In this document: in pieces, positions 51,891 through 64,000 of the stretch
How the letters are laid out: the number at the start of each line of letters is the position of its first letter
How positions within the stretch are numbered: position 1 is the stretch's first letter
NCBI RefSeq assembly: GCF_009834535.1
Contig: NC_045732.1
Coordinates: 17,360,001-17,424,000, forward strand
DNA length: 64,000 bases
Reading direction: 5' to 3'
DNA from: Camelus ferus
Lineage: Eukaryota
Notes under the pieces: model-generated
What the model saw: only the letters and a program-made list of their open reading frames with translations
Told to the model about the DNA's origin: nothing
Databases searched by the model: none
Translations under genes and position numbers: made by a program

Positions 51891-52899
51891 GAGAAAAATT
51901 TACAATACCAATCTTTAATCCCAGAATCTGTACTAATGCAAAGGTGGATGTGAGCAATTGAACTAAAATAATAAATTATTATCTACTAATATTTGTGATT
52001 CTTCTAAAACGCATGAAGTCTTTTCCCATGTGTTAATCTCATTTGACGCCTGCATTTCTCATAATGGATAACAGCTGTAATTCTGTTTACCATTGTGTTA
52101 TTTAGGGGAAAGAAAAAGTCATTTTGTCATCAGATGGGACTTAGGCCAACACTAGCTCTCCAGGTACATAAAGCTCAGGATGGAGAGAAATGTGGGTCAT
52201 CATTTAGAGAGTGATGCCAACGACACTCATTCTCTATCTGCAATACTTCATTGAATCTATTTTTAGCATAGGTGTTGTCTCCTTTCTATTACAGGATGAT
52301 TCTCATTTATCTTTGAAGTCGTGGGTTTTTCTGTACTTCCTGTCTTTGTAGGAGCTTAATAAACGTTTAATGTTGAGTGAGTGGATTCATTCACATATAG
52401 TCATATATCAAACATTTGTTGTGCATATGGCACTGTGTGAGGCGCCAAGTAGACGAGAATTAAAAGAATTGCTGACTTACCAGCATTCTAACCTCCAACT
52501 TTTCTCCCCACCCTCTTCTACTTTACCCTACTCCAGAACCAATATGTCATGTATAAGAAGCTTTATTTTTCCACGCCCAGTACTGAACAGGCATGTATGG
52601 TGGCACCAATGTTACCCAAATAGAATCCATTGGCCTGAGGCAACTCTCCTACTTAGCACTTGAAATACTTAGTAAATAAAACCAGTACACCCGAATGTTA
52701 ATTTTGGATATACCGAATTACCAGTAATTTCCAACTGCTAAAGGAGTATCAGATTTAATTCATGGTTATAGCACTTAACTCCTTCCAGCCAGTGAACCTG
52801 TGGTTGATTCTCCTCTAGAATTCTCCTTTTGAGTCTCATCTTCCATCTTCATCAAAAAATGGAAAAGTGATTCTCAAGATACAGGATTCTCCCAGGTTA

Positions 52900-54170
52900 T
52901 GAGGCAATGGACCAAAAATCTTTACAAAGCCTGGGCGGCCCAACTAAGGCAGCTACTACAAATGATAAGCTTCATATTTCTCTGGAGCCCTTTATATGTG
53001 AGAGCTCAATCTACAGAAGAGAGAAAAAAGTAGCTGTAGGCTTCATAAAAAAACAAAAAGTGATGCTTGAATTGGGTCTTGAGAGATGAGTAGATAAGAG
53101 AATTTCAGGGAGGGAACTCAATGTCTGGAAGGAATTTGGCCAGTCTTGGGATAACAAAAGATGAGTAAACCTAAAGGAAGTAAAAAGAGGGAAATCATAG
53201 GAAATGAGGCTGCAGAATAAAGTTAGTTAGGGCTAGAGCATTAAGGAGATTATTACAGTATTAAGATCTAACCATAGGTAATAGGAAGGCAATCAAAGTT
53301 TTTAACCAGAGAAGGGGCATGATTAGAAGTGGTTTCTAAGAAGATAATTCAAGATGCCTTTCAGAGGATATACCAGAAAGGTGGGGAATCAGGGTGCCAT
53401 GACAATCACCCACAAAAGAGAAATGGTGAAGGTTTAGGCTTAGGCTGTGGGATTCGAAAGCAGAGGCTAAATTAACAAGATAAAGTCAAATTGCATTAGA
53501 CAAGATATGGAGGGCACAAGAGAAAGAGTAACGTTTGACTCAAGGTTCCAGGTTAGGCAACTGAGCAGATGGTGTTTTCATTTACTCAAAGAGGAGATAT
53601 TAGAGGAAGAAGATGCTGAGGAAGATAATGAGTTCAACTCTGAGCATGTTTTTGAGATGACCGCCACAAATCCACACAGAGATGTCTAATCTGCTGTGGA
53701 AAATGTTAATCTGGAGCCAAGAAAAGATGTCAGGGCTAGAAATGCAGGAATGGGAGTCTTCAGTTCATGACAGTATTAATTAACATCACTAAGTGCAAAT
53801 GTGTAGAATGAATAGAGAAGAGGAATAAGGATGAGACTTCCATGAACATGAGCATTGATGGAAAAGGCGACAAGAGAAGGACTCAACAAAGAATACGAAG
53901 GAGTGGTCAGACAATCTGGAATAGAACCAGGAAAAGATGTAGTCACTGATGTTAAAGGGAAGCGAAAGCCTTGTGGATGAGGAAATCAAACTTGCAAAGT
54001 GCAGCAGGGATGCTGAATAGGAGGAGGGAAGGAAATAGGCAATTGGATTTTGTCAGTGGGACATTTTTGACCTTAGTGAGGGCAATTTCTCTAGAGCAGT
54101 GAGACCAAAGCCCAGATTGTAGCTGGCTGCAGAGTGAATGAGTTTGGAGAAAATGGGGGAAAGTGAGTGC
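52900..54170 (-). mobile_element. Long decayed L2
   Basis: gatgcttgaattgggtcttgagagatgagtag; ttttaaccagagaaggggcatgattaga; gtttttgagatgacc...ggagccaagaaaagatgtcagggctaga. Confidence 0.7.
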
Positions 54171-54244
54171 ATAGACTTCTCATTTCATTCCTTCCAGTTT
54201 TATGTATAGTTTTTTTGTGTGTGTTTGGGGGGTGATAATTAGGG

Positions 54245-54329
54245 TTTTTTTTAAGGAGGTACTGGGGATTGAACCCAGGACCTCATGCTTGCTAGGCAAG
54301 CACTCTACCACTGAGTTATACCCTCCCCC
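54245..54329 (-). mobile_element. tRNA-Ala-derived monomer SINE (camelid vic-1-like)
   Basis: Reverse complement gggggagggtataactcagtggtagagtgcttgcctagcaagcatgaggtcctgggttcaatccccagtacctccttaaaaaaaa; same family as 6790-6879. Confidence 0.88.
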
Positions 54330-54889
54330 TCATTTCAAAGATGAGTACCAGGGAGAAAAGGGGAGATCAGATATTAGTTTGCAGAGTTTGAGGGGAGGGA
54401 GGTTCTTTTTGTTTTTGTTTTTATATTAAAATGGACTCTATTTTCCTGGTGAACAAGTGTTCTGCCATCTGCCACAGAGGGGCCACTGCCACCGCCTGGG
54501 CTGGTCCTGGGTACAGTCACGATGAAGCTGAAAAAGAGCACCAGACTCTTGACATTTTGTCTCAATGGCCCTCTTTACCATCCGGACAGACATTCAGGAA
54601 ACATTTGTAAAATTTAAAGACATCATAAAACAGAGTGTTCTACTAAAAATCTACTTCTCAGTAGGCTTATTCAGTAGGGAGATATTTTTAAATGTATTTT
54701 AAATGTAAGACCCAGAAGATGGAGCCAGAAGGTATTCTATGCCACACTCAGACAAAAGAGGAGGGGCAGTAAGGGGGCTCAATGTCTGAGTTATCCATCA
54801 TTGGCCTTCTTGACCAACCCTTTATTCCTCACTGCATCCATCCACATCGTTCATAACACCTTAATTGGAACATCCCAGGAATAGTTAAC

Positions 54890-55140
54890 AATAACAACAT
54901 TATTAGTTTATATTACTTGAGTCTTTACCATGTGTCAAGTATTCTTCTAAGCACTTTACATTTTAATTCACTTAATCCTCCCAATAACCTCATAGAGAAA
55001 TACATGTATGTTGTTATTATCCCTATTTCACAGATAAGGAAATTGAGAAAAGAGAGCTTATGTGGTGGCTCATGGTACATGGCTAGTAAGGGTGCAGAGC
55101 TGGCTTTCAATCCCAGGCAGTTTGGCACTGGCTTCACCCT
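54890..55140 (-). mobile_element. Near full-length MIR
   Basis: taccatgtgtcaagtattcttctaagcactttacattttaattcacttaatcctcccaataacc...atttcacagataaggaaattgag...gagctggctttcaatcccaggcag. Confidence 0.8.
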
Positions 55141-56449
55141 GTTGCCAGGAGTGAGACAATAAAGGCCTAGAAGATGTGTGTTGTTGGACACGAAGTTCGT
55201 GAGTTAGCCTAGTATCTGTTTCTTAATTACAGAGCCATGATAGGGGCTGGGAGTCTGGAGGCCCTCAAGAGTCTTTGGAGCATTTTTGCCTCAGAAACTG
55301 CTGTTTATTATTCAGATTTGCATCCTCAGACTCAAGCATATGATTAATCCTCCATAAAGTTTTGATGAATAATTAAATGAGCAAAGCTGATTTCTCTCCA
55401 ATCACCCAAAAGCTTTGTGCTTAGAATGTACTGGAACTAGCTTGAGATCTTTGGGAGGGGTGGGGGGAAGGTAGCTAGTGGCTGAGGAAAGGAGGTGGGA
55501 TACAGCAACTGGTACCTTCATGGGTTACACATTCTGTGATTTTGTCTCTGACTAACAGCATTTTGTAGTCAATTTTACATCTTTTTTCAGTATACATTTG
55601 TGATGCATTTAAATATATTCTGGGAAAATGCTGACGCTGACATACCAAAAGCATGCCCTTCCATCTGGCGTTTTCTCTAGTCCTACAGTCTACTTTCTAG
55701 TGCAGTTTACTATCTGGGCTCTGGGAATGTTTTCATTTAATAATCTCAGTATTTGGGTGTAGTGGGAGAAAAGGCTAAGTCTGAGACCTGAAGTCTGTAA
55801 TTTGACTCTCCTTACGACCACCTTCCAATATACGCGAGGAGCTCAGACCTGCAAAGGGAACAGGGCAGGACAGGTTCTGAGTGCTGCCTGCTGGGACAGC
55901 ATTCTTTAAGAACTGAGACGGCTCTCTGGAATAATGTACGTGGTCTTCTCTTAAGCAGAGGAAGTACTTGCTGCTTACATACAAAGTCAAGTTTACTTTG
56001 TAGCAAGGTACAAATTAATCACCAAGCATTTGGGAGAAACACTGGGGATGTGTCTAACTTATAGGGGCTTTGGGAACTTACTCAAAGCAGTAACAGACCA
56101 CCCCTGTCCTCTAGCAATGGGACATCTTGCTGAACAAATGAAATCACACACGTAACACAAATTCAAGCAACACAAGCCAGTTCTTGTCTATATAAACTTG
56201 CAGCTACATATGGAATTATGTCATGGAAACTAGGAGTTCTGAGTAAGGGGAGTTGATGATGGCTAAAGTATAAGGAAGAGGCAGAAAATGAGTAAGGACT
56301 TAGAAGTACAGGGACAACACGTGCCTCAGGAGGTGCCGAGTAACACGCTAAGTGTCACATGCGTGATCTCATTTATTCCCCGCAATACTGGTACTCCCGT
56401 GACCAGTTCCCTTTTCCCAGATCCAGAAACTAACGTTCAGGAGCCCTAC

Positions 56450-56615
56450 AGCCGGCACAGCTGTGAGAGGCAGGGCAGCTGGTCACATGCAGGCCGTTGG
56501 CGCCGGGCCTCCGCCGACCCGCTGCGCTGCTCCCGGCGGCGCTCTAGGCGGGCTCCCGTGTCTGCGCCTGAAAACGCGCGGCGCGTCTGCCTGGCAGGGG
56601 CTGTGGGAAGCGGTA
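56450..56615. promoter_or_regulatory. CpG micro-island inside GLRA2 intron 2
   Basis: About 20 CpG in about 165 nt by manual count, most within 56504-56585, in an otherwise CpG-depleted intron. Confidence 0.6.
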
Positions 56616-57579
56616 TGCACTGGCTCAGGCTAGCCCTCAGAAAGAAGACTCTCATAGGAAGACTCTTGCCTTTTCACTTGAGGGACAGACTAACCCCATT
56701 ACCTGAGAGTTTGAGAATGGGGCCATTTCTCCTCAAAGGATTGCCTTTCCTACATCGCTGCTCTATTGTGTTTGCTGCAACACACAAAATTAGAGCCTTT
56801 TAAAAGCCTCAACAAATCTTGTCTCTAGAGTGAAAGGATCACGAACACAAGTTCCATTCTGTTTCTTTAGCAAGCCATCCAAAGTCTCTCGTCTTCAAAT
56901 TGTAAGCCTCTTGAGGTCCCAAGGTGAGGTTGTTGCCCACTGTCATGAGCCCACAGGAAGGAGTGGCGTCTAACAGAAGAACGGCGTTCTCTGCTTCAAG
57001 TATGAACTCAACTGTGGTGAATGAGAAGAGGCCACTTAGCTTCTTCACTCTTGGACGGACAGCTCTACTCAGCTCAGCACCAGAGATCCTGCCACACTGA
57101 GATGGAGGTGGGCATATACGAAATTAAAACCCACACATGAGCAAGTTTCCACAACTTGAAAAAATATCTAACTGCAGTAGTTGGGGACCTTCGGGTTTCA
57201 AGGAGGATATGCAATACAAAGATCAATAATACAGGTTCACTCTTCAATTGCTGATTACATTTTGCCTAGTGATACGTGCTTTTTATAAAATAGAGCCATC
57301 TCTCTCCCTGCCTCTGTACGTAAAGAAATACATCAACCTCCCTACAAAGAATCAAGCTCTCCTCTCCTTTCCTTTTTTCCTTTTCCCATGCACCATTCAT
57401 TGCCTCCTCTGCTACGTTCCCTTAAAATGTTAGGCTTACTACTACGTTACATTACAGTTGGTGCAATGTCACGTCTTTCTGCCATGACAAATTGCGAGTT
57501 TGTTGAATGCAAGGATGAGGTACATTTTGGTATTCCCAGAACCGTACAGGCACCACTGTCGGCACCCCACCCATATCCC

Positions 57580-57992
57580 CAATCCCTTACCACACTGATA
57601 CGCCTTGTGATTCTGAAACGCCAGCACTTGGATTGCTTTGCTTGAGGGCTTTCTCTGACCCAAGCCACTTTACCTGCCCTTGTGGCAGACCAGAATGAAG
57701 ATAAATTAATGTCCCCTGAGAATATTCTCATCTAATGACTGGTGTTGATATAAAACACCCCAGCTCCTTCTCCCCTTGAACGGAATAGCTCAGAAGAGTG
57801 TGTCTTCCGGAGTGACTTATGGGCTAAAGCTTCATTTGCCTTCGGGGGGATAACGGACTTGCTAAGGCACCTTTTCTTGGCTTCCTTCCCTACCCTGTAT
57901 CTCTTCCCCACTTCCCAAATGGCAGATTATTCACCTCCTTAATAAACAACTTTCACCTGAACCCTTGATTCGAGGGTAACCCAAACTAAGTA
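57580..57992 (+). mobile_element. ERVL LTR (LTR16-like)
   Basis: ttaatgtcccctgag...tataaaacaccccagctcc...ttccttccctaccctgtatctcttccccactt...aataaacaactttcacctgaaccc...gggtaacccaaactaag. Confidence 0.7.
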
Positions 57993-58953
57993 AGCACCCA
58001 ATATACAGAAGAAGTCCAACAAATATCCTTTTAATGAAACTGAGTTACAAAGATGGCTAGTGTCGCATGAGATGAGAGAGATGGAAGTACTGTGCTCTCT
58101 AAATGCACGGAGCCTGTCGGTCAAATCCAAGCACACGGAAACACAACAAGCGCCGTGATGTCAGGGTTTCCCTCTGCAGGAGGAAAGCGGCTGTCCTAGT
58201 TGTTAGCAGACAAGGGTGCATGTCAGGGACTCTGGTTTCTATTTTTAGATGTCGTGCTGACATAGAAAACTTCTGTATCCTAACAGTACAATGGTGACCT
58301 TCCTACCCTCCGAGAAGTGGTGCAGAATGTCTAATGAGGAAACAAGTCCTCATTTGTGGAAGCCACAAATGAACAGAGGAGAGACAGGAGAGCTTAGCTA
58401 CTATTCATTGGCAGACCTGGTGCTCAAAGAGCTCTTTTGACTGTGAAACAGGAAGCGCTGGGTGGCCTGGCAGTGTCATGGCCTCGAATAGGATTTAGAT
58501 CTTTCAAGCGTTCACAGCCTGGGCCTTGAGTCTAACAATTCCGAAGGGTAATAACTCCTTTTAAAAACTCACATTAAAAGATAATTTTCAAAAAAAAGAT
58601 AAAATCATGACTCTTATGCAGATAGAAAATGAATGCGTGTTAAAGATTTTATTTAACTCATTAACCGATGAGGGAAGCAGGCAGATGGTATAGCCAGTTC
58701 AAAAGAAAATCCAAGAAACAGACACGTTAATAGATGAAGAACATTGGCATGAATGTGCAAGTAGAGGCAAAACCAGCCTCTTCCACAGTGGGGGAGGGAA
58801 GTCACTTGGACGCCTATAGGGTCCGGATTTGCCTGTCTCTAAGCAAGAGCTAGTTCACATTGCTATCAGTTATACAATTTAAAGACTTGCAAAATAGCTC
58901 CCATAGAATTAGAGTCAGATAACATGGAAGGGTGTACTATAGACAAACCATAG

Positions 58954-58989
58954 TTTTCCCTTGAAGCACAATTTTCCCTTGAAGCACAA
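58954..58989 (+). repeat. Perfect 18-bp tandem duplication
   Basis: ttttcccttgaagcacaa occurs twice, head to tail. Confidence 0.95.
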
Positions 58990-60561
58990 TTGACTCATGA
59001 CTGTTATATTTAATAATACTCTCTTTCTCCGAAAAGGAGATCTCCTTTTTTTTTTTTTCTAGAGCCTGTTTATACTTTTAAAACCCAGGTATTTTTGTTA
59101 ACAGTGTGAGTAGAAGTGAGCATAATAAAATGTAGGGCAGAGACATGGTGCTTGAGAAAAGCACATCTGATCGTTAAATAAAGGGGGAAATCTCAAGTTT
59201 GGGAAGAAGATCCTTACTTGATAGGGGAAAGAGATGGGAAGAGAAAACAAATGGGTGGCATTTCACACACACTATGACATTCAGTCCTCCCAATGAACCT
59301 GTGAATTAGGTAAAGATATTTCTTCTTTTATAGATGAGGAAGTGAGAGCCCAGAGTGATTAAATAGCCTACAGAGGGTTAACAGTACATAGCAGAGCCAG
59401 GTTTTAAATCCAGTTCCAGCTCTGAAGTTTATGATTTTTGTTCCATTGTTCCACGCTGCACTGATGAGGGATGATGTCAGGAGGGAGGGGAACAGTGAAG
59501 AAGTTTCCTGACCCCCACCTCAAACAAAGCGGCTCAATAGTAGTTTCAAAGGGCCGTGTTGTAATGCTGCTCATTGGTGACCGTCATGTTTTTGTCATAT
59601 TTTCTCATTCTGCTAAGTGCTTTGGAAAGAGAGCAAACAAAATTCACTTTTGGTTTCATAGGCTGAGATGAAACAATTGATTTAAATGAAGGACCTTTTG
59701 AATGAACTGTCCTTTGAAGCTGAAGGGACAGAGGCCAACTGATGGGGTTAAAGTGCCTCATATCGAAATTTGCTCTGCAATAGAATGGAAATGCACAGAT
59801 TTCTTGGCATGCCACTGGCATTTACTTACACAAAAAGCCTTATATTCTGATCAACAGCACTCACTGAGCATTTATTGAATGCCTACTATGTGCTTAGTAC
59901 TATAAAAACTGCTTTGGGAAACACTACAGTGAATCAGATCTGAACTACACCCTGTCTAGAGCATACAAGAAAGAATTAGACAAATATGAAAAAATGACTA
60001 TAATACAACAAGGCAAGGGTTACGGGGCTCTGGAAGTTCCAAGAAAGGTGATATTCAAGTGAGGAGAATCATGGGAAAATTCACTGAGTAGGTATCATTT
60101 GAAGAATGAGAAGATTTGAACACGGGAACATAGATGTACACGCGTGTGGACTGCACCCACCAATTTCATTATCATAACCTCAAATACAGCATAGTTCCTT
60201 CTTTAAAACTTAATAATGCAAAACAAATCTATTTTCAATTTGTCGAGACCTAACAAGTTGATGAACTTGCTATTCATTTTGCAAAGTAGTATAGGATTCA
60301 ATTAACATGAGAGCAAGTCGTCTTTAATTCAATTTTTGTTACTTCCTAAAATGAAGGAAGTATCATTTGGATTCATGAGAAATTCACAGATCTCTTCATT
60401 TCAAAACTAATTCCAAATGGCATTTAAAATTGTCTTCTTCTAAGGTTAAATGGGCCTTTGTTTATTATCTACCTCAATCCCAAGATAGCGAGAATCCCAT
60501 GTTTTTCAGAAATTCTCCATCCAATGACATTTTATTATAGCATAAGAAGAAATATATGTAG

Positions 60562-60808
60562 TGGGAAGGGACAGACTGGGATTTCAAAATTTGTAGATAC
60601 TGACAAGCATATGCAGAATAGATAAACAAGATTATATTGTATAATACAGGGAAATACATACAAGATCTTGTGGTAGCTCACAGCAGAAAAAAAAATGTGA
60701 CAATGAATATATGTATGTTCATGTATAACTGAAAAATTGTGCTCTACACTGGAATTTGACACAACATTGTAAGATGACTATAACTCAATAAAAAATGTTT
60801 TTTAAAAA
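60562..60808 (+). mobile_element. Young L1 3' tail with a perfect 15-bp TSD
   Basis: TSD aagaaatatatgtag at 60547-60561 and 60809-60823. The body ends gtaagatgactataactcaataaaaaa. Confidence 0.88.
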
Positions 60809-61614
60809 AAGAAATATATGTAGATTACACTTACAAACTATTTCCAACATGAAGGTTTCCATTTAGTCTCTAAGATCTTTAAAATAGGAAATGAACCTTG
60901 TCACCACAAGCAAAGTGCCCTAAATCTCCCAGAACATAAACTGCTTACTTTAAGGTCACTATGATCCTGCAAAGAACAAAAAAGCAGCAGATCACTTATA
61001 TGAGAAAGGAGCTTAACAAAAATGCCCTCTCCGTGATGCTTGGTTGAGCACACACTTTTTGTTTCATCTGACATTTCTTGCAGAATGACTCAGGGGCTTT
61101 TCAGCAAATTGTTTCTGGCTTGTCCTTAATGCCTGATTTTCTTATATTTTGCCTCACAATTCACCATCTAATTGTAAATGATAATTAGTGGAAGACCAAG
61201 TATATACCAGGCACGTAATGGCTATTCAATAAATGTTTGTTGATTTAGTGAGTCACTGAAGATTTATAAGATGGAAATGCACAGAACTCAGCAAATGCCT
61301 ACAAGAGGCATCAAATTTAATTTCTTGATGAACAAACCCAACAAAGGAGTATAAGTTCCATAATACTGCCATGCTTTCGCTCAAAGTGTGTTTAAATATT
61401 TTTTTAAAAATCCACATTCTTTGCTGAAATACATGAGAGATGACTTTCGTATGAGAAGGTCACATGACCAAAGATGTTTTAATATGATTCAAGTATTTGT
61501 TTGGCTAAGCAGAAGAATAAATACTCTGAAGATCATTTCATTGTAACATAACATATAATCCTTGTTGAGTAGCCTTTCCACTAATCCTGCATTTTTACCT
61601 GCTTTTTATAATTT

Positions 61615-61840
61615 GCTAGTTCTCAACTGGGGGTGATTTTGTCCTGCAGGAAGCATTTGGCAATGTCTGGACACATTTTTAGTTGTCACAACAAGGGTCG
61701 TGGGAGGCAGAGTGCTACTGGCAGCTAACAAGTAGAGACCAAGGATGCTGCCCAACATCCCACAGCGCTCAGGGCAAACTCCCACAACAAAGCGTGATCT
61801 GGCCCCAAATGCCAATCGTTCTTAGGCTGAAAAACCCTAT
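61615..61840. mobile_element. MER20 hAT-Charlie element
   Basis: ttctcaactgggggtgattttgtcc...catttggcaatgtctggacacatttttagttgtcacaac...ccaaggatgctgcccaacatcccacag...ggccccaaatgccaat...ggctgaaaaaccct. Confidence 0.85.
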
Positions 61841-63719
61841 TTTAAACAAAGAAGCTAGAAAACAATGATCTCAAACCCACAGTGCTACATGGTTGTTCAG
61901 ACATGAATGTTTAGACATAATTTCTGGAAACAAGAAAGTTATTAAAGGTAGTTGGATCTTGCTAAAAATTTCTACAGAGCTGAGAAAAAAAAAGTTTATG
62001 GAGAGAAGAGAAAGGAAATTGGATGAGATGGGCATCATTTCAGGTAAAGATTAGCAGAGAAAAAGCTGGGAGATCGAAACTGTAGTCTCAATATTTCAGT
62101 TTACTCTTTATTAAAATGGGTTTATTGATGTACCTCCAGCACAGCTATATTTTGACAATCCAATGAACTTGTGAAAATGATAGTAATACTATTACTATAA
62201 ATGAACTACAATTTATTGAACTGTTATAGGCTTTCCAAATGTTACTACTAATTCTCACAATTACCATCAAGGCAAGCATCATTATTCCCATTTTACAGAA
62301 GAATTAACAGGCCCAGAGAGTTTTGGTAATCTTTAAAGTTCATCGGTGATAATAAGAAGAGCTAGTGGCAAAAACAAGACAGACTGGTAGTTGCCATACT
62401 TTAAATGTATCTTTGAGTAGTATGTAGCAGTCTAGGTTTTCTCGGGATAGTACTGGTTTATGCCTGGTGTTCTTGTGTAAGTGTTAACAGCACCCACTTT
62501 CTCTCTTAAAAGTGATCATCCCATAAGAGATAACGGCCCCCGGCTTATCCCTTCTTCTTAAATCCTGGAGAAATCCACAGTACGCAAAGACAGAAACTTG
62601 CCAGCATTCTCAAGGCCCTCTGACATGGATCTGAGCTGTGTGCACATCTGTCTATCCACTCATCCTTGTGTGAGAGCAGTTGATAACGGGTAGCCATTAG
62701 TGAGGAGGATGCACAGAATCTGCCATTTGGTTCTCTACAGTCAAGCTACCTTAGTTGCTAAGTAATTGCTTTGTCTGGCAATTTTACCATTTTATCAACA
62801 AGGCTGGTCCAAAGCAAATGGTTTGCTAAAGAATCTCATCAGGCTGTGGGAATCAGTAAATACCCAACTTTTTCACTTATCCAAATAGTTTGCCCTCTGC
62901 AGACCTGGATGTCAGCAACTAAGCTGAATGTAGGACTGATAAAACCATTTTAATCATGTATTGGGCAGAAGAATCAACAGTATATAATTCATTAGTGGTA
63001 AATTTTCAAGAAGATTTTTAAAAATGCAGTGGGTTAGTTTGTGTAACCATTTCTAATTACAATCATGAAGTTAAAAGAAAAGGTCTCCATTCTTTCCATT
63101 CTTTGAGATTAGATGCCTCAAATCACCTCTCACAAAGGGAGTGCCACCATGAAAAGCCACTCCCTCCTTTTGCAATCCTCTCATCCTCCAAGACTCTCTC
63201 TTTCATGGGCATCAAAGCACCAAACAACATAGGCAGCCATCATAGGAAACAGTGCTTCCCCATGTTCCAGTAGCAAGTCTGTGACCCTTAACTATACATC
63301 TTTTGATTCCTCTATGTGCTTTATTTTCTACCTTTATCTTTTGAGCTAATGGCAAGAATCTTTCTGCTAGATAAAAGTCTTCTTATTCCAAAAGAAATTT
63401 AATTTCTATATAAATTGAGCACATATATTTACTATTCCATTCCCATCCAGGGGTCCCACACTAAAGCAATTGTAATACTTGAGGACACATTAAATTGTTT
63501 ACAAGGAATAAGATGCAAAATGAAAATGGCATTCTTGTCTATTTGTGACAAGAGGAAAAAAATAACATTTTCATCTTGGAACTCAGAGAATGTCCCCTGC
63601 TCTCAAGTCTTTTGCCTTAAAATGATGTTGGAAAATAACATAACTGAGGCAAAGCTAATGAATAGTGACTAGTTATTTTGGCGTTATACAAGATCCTCTA
63701 CTCTTTCCCAATGCTTATT

Positions 63720-64000
63720 TTTTTATTTTTGCTACAGCCTTCATTTAAATTTTTTCAAGCTTTATTGGGATATAATTGACATATAACACTGTGTAAGGTA
63801 AAGGTGTACAATGTGTTGAGCTACCCACTTATATGTTGCAAAATTATTACCATGGAGCATTAGCTAACACCTTTACCTTGTCATATGATTACAATTTCTT
63901 TTTTATGGTAAGAATATTTAAGATTTACTTGCTTAGCAACTTTCAGCTATATGATACAGTATTGTTAACTATAGCCACCGTGCTGTACATTACATCCCCA
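63720..64000 (-). mobile_element. L1 3' end, truncated by the window edge
   Basis: gggatataattgacatataacactgtgtaagg...gaatatttaagatttacttgcttagcaactttcagctatatgatacagtattgttaactatagcc. Confidence 0.8.

Noticed and set aside
56288-56803. 171-aa ORF across the CpG micro-island
   Set aside because: Its length is explained by the stop-poor GC-rich block. The Arg/Ala-rich middle is typical of translated non-coding GC sequence, and I recognise no homology.
57054-57090. RE1-like half sites (GGACAG ... CTCAGCACCA)
   Set aside because: The halves are in the wrong order, and the sequence after CTCAGCACC matches the right half poorly.
1-64000. CRISPR arrays, rRNA, operon-type or other prokaryotic systems
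   Set aside because: The sequence is mammalian; I saw no regularly spaced repeat-spacer array or structural RNA gene.

Overview
Mammalian genomic DNA, AT-rich and dominated by interspersed repeats. It is most likely camelid (alpaca or camel), inferred from two tRNA-Ala-like monomer SINEs and the L1 3' tails. The one gene I recognise is GLRA2 (glycine receptor alpha-2, X-linked in other mammals), on the + strand. Its first coding exon is 35493-35560 (MNRQLVNILTALFAFFLETNHFR, GT donor), preceded by its promoter and 5' leader at about 34.2-35.5 kb. Exon 2 is not visible and very probably lies inside the N gap at 37659-37870. I found no exon 3, so 37.9-64 kb is read as intron 2 and 1-34 kb as upstream intergenic DNA. 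There are five N gaps. Repeat family names come from my recollection of consensus sequences and need RepeatMasker/Dfam confirmation. None of the ORF-track ORFs looks like a real gene; the only recognisable ones are decayed L1 ORF2 pieces. I cannot support a wholly new biological system here. The best leads are: a 162-bp, 98%-identical inverted templated insertion (7973-8134 vs 11414-11575); six upstream ATGs that a 5'UTR splice acceptor could remove; an intronic CpG micro-island next to a candidate 53-nt poison exon; and a dense YCAY (Nova-type) cluster in intron 1.
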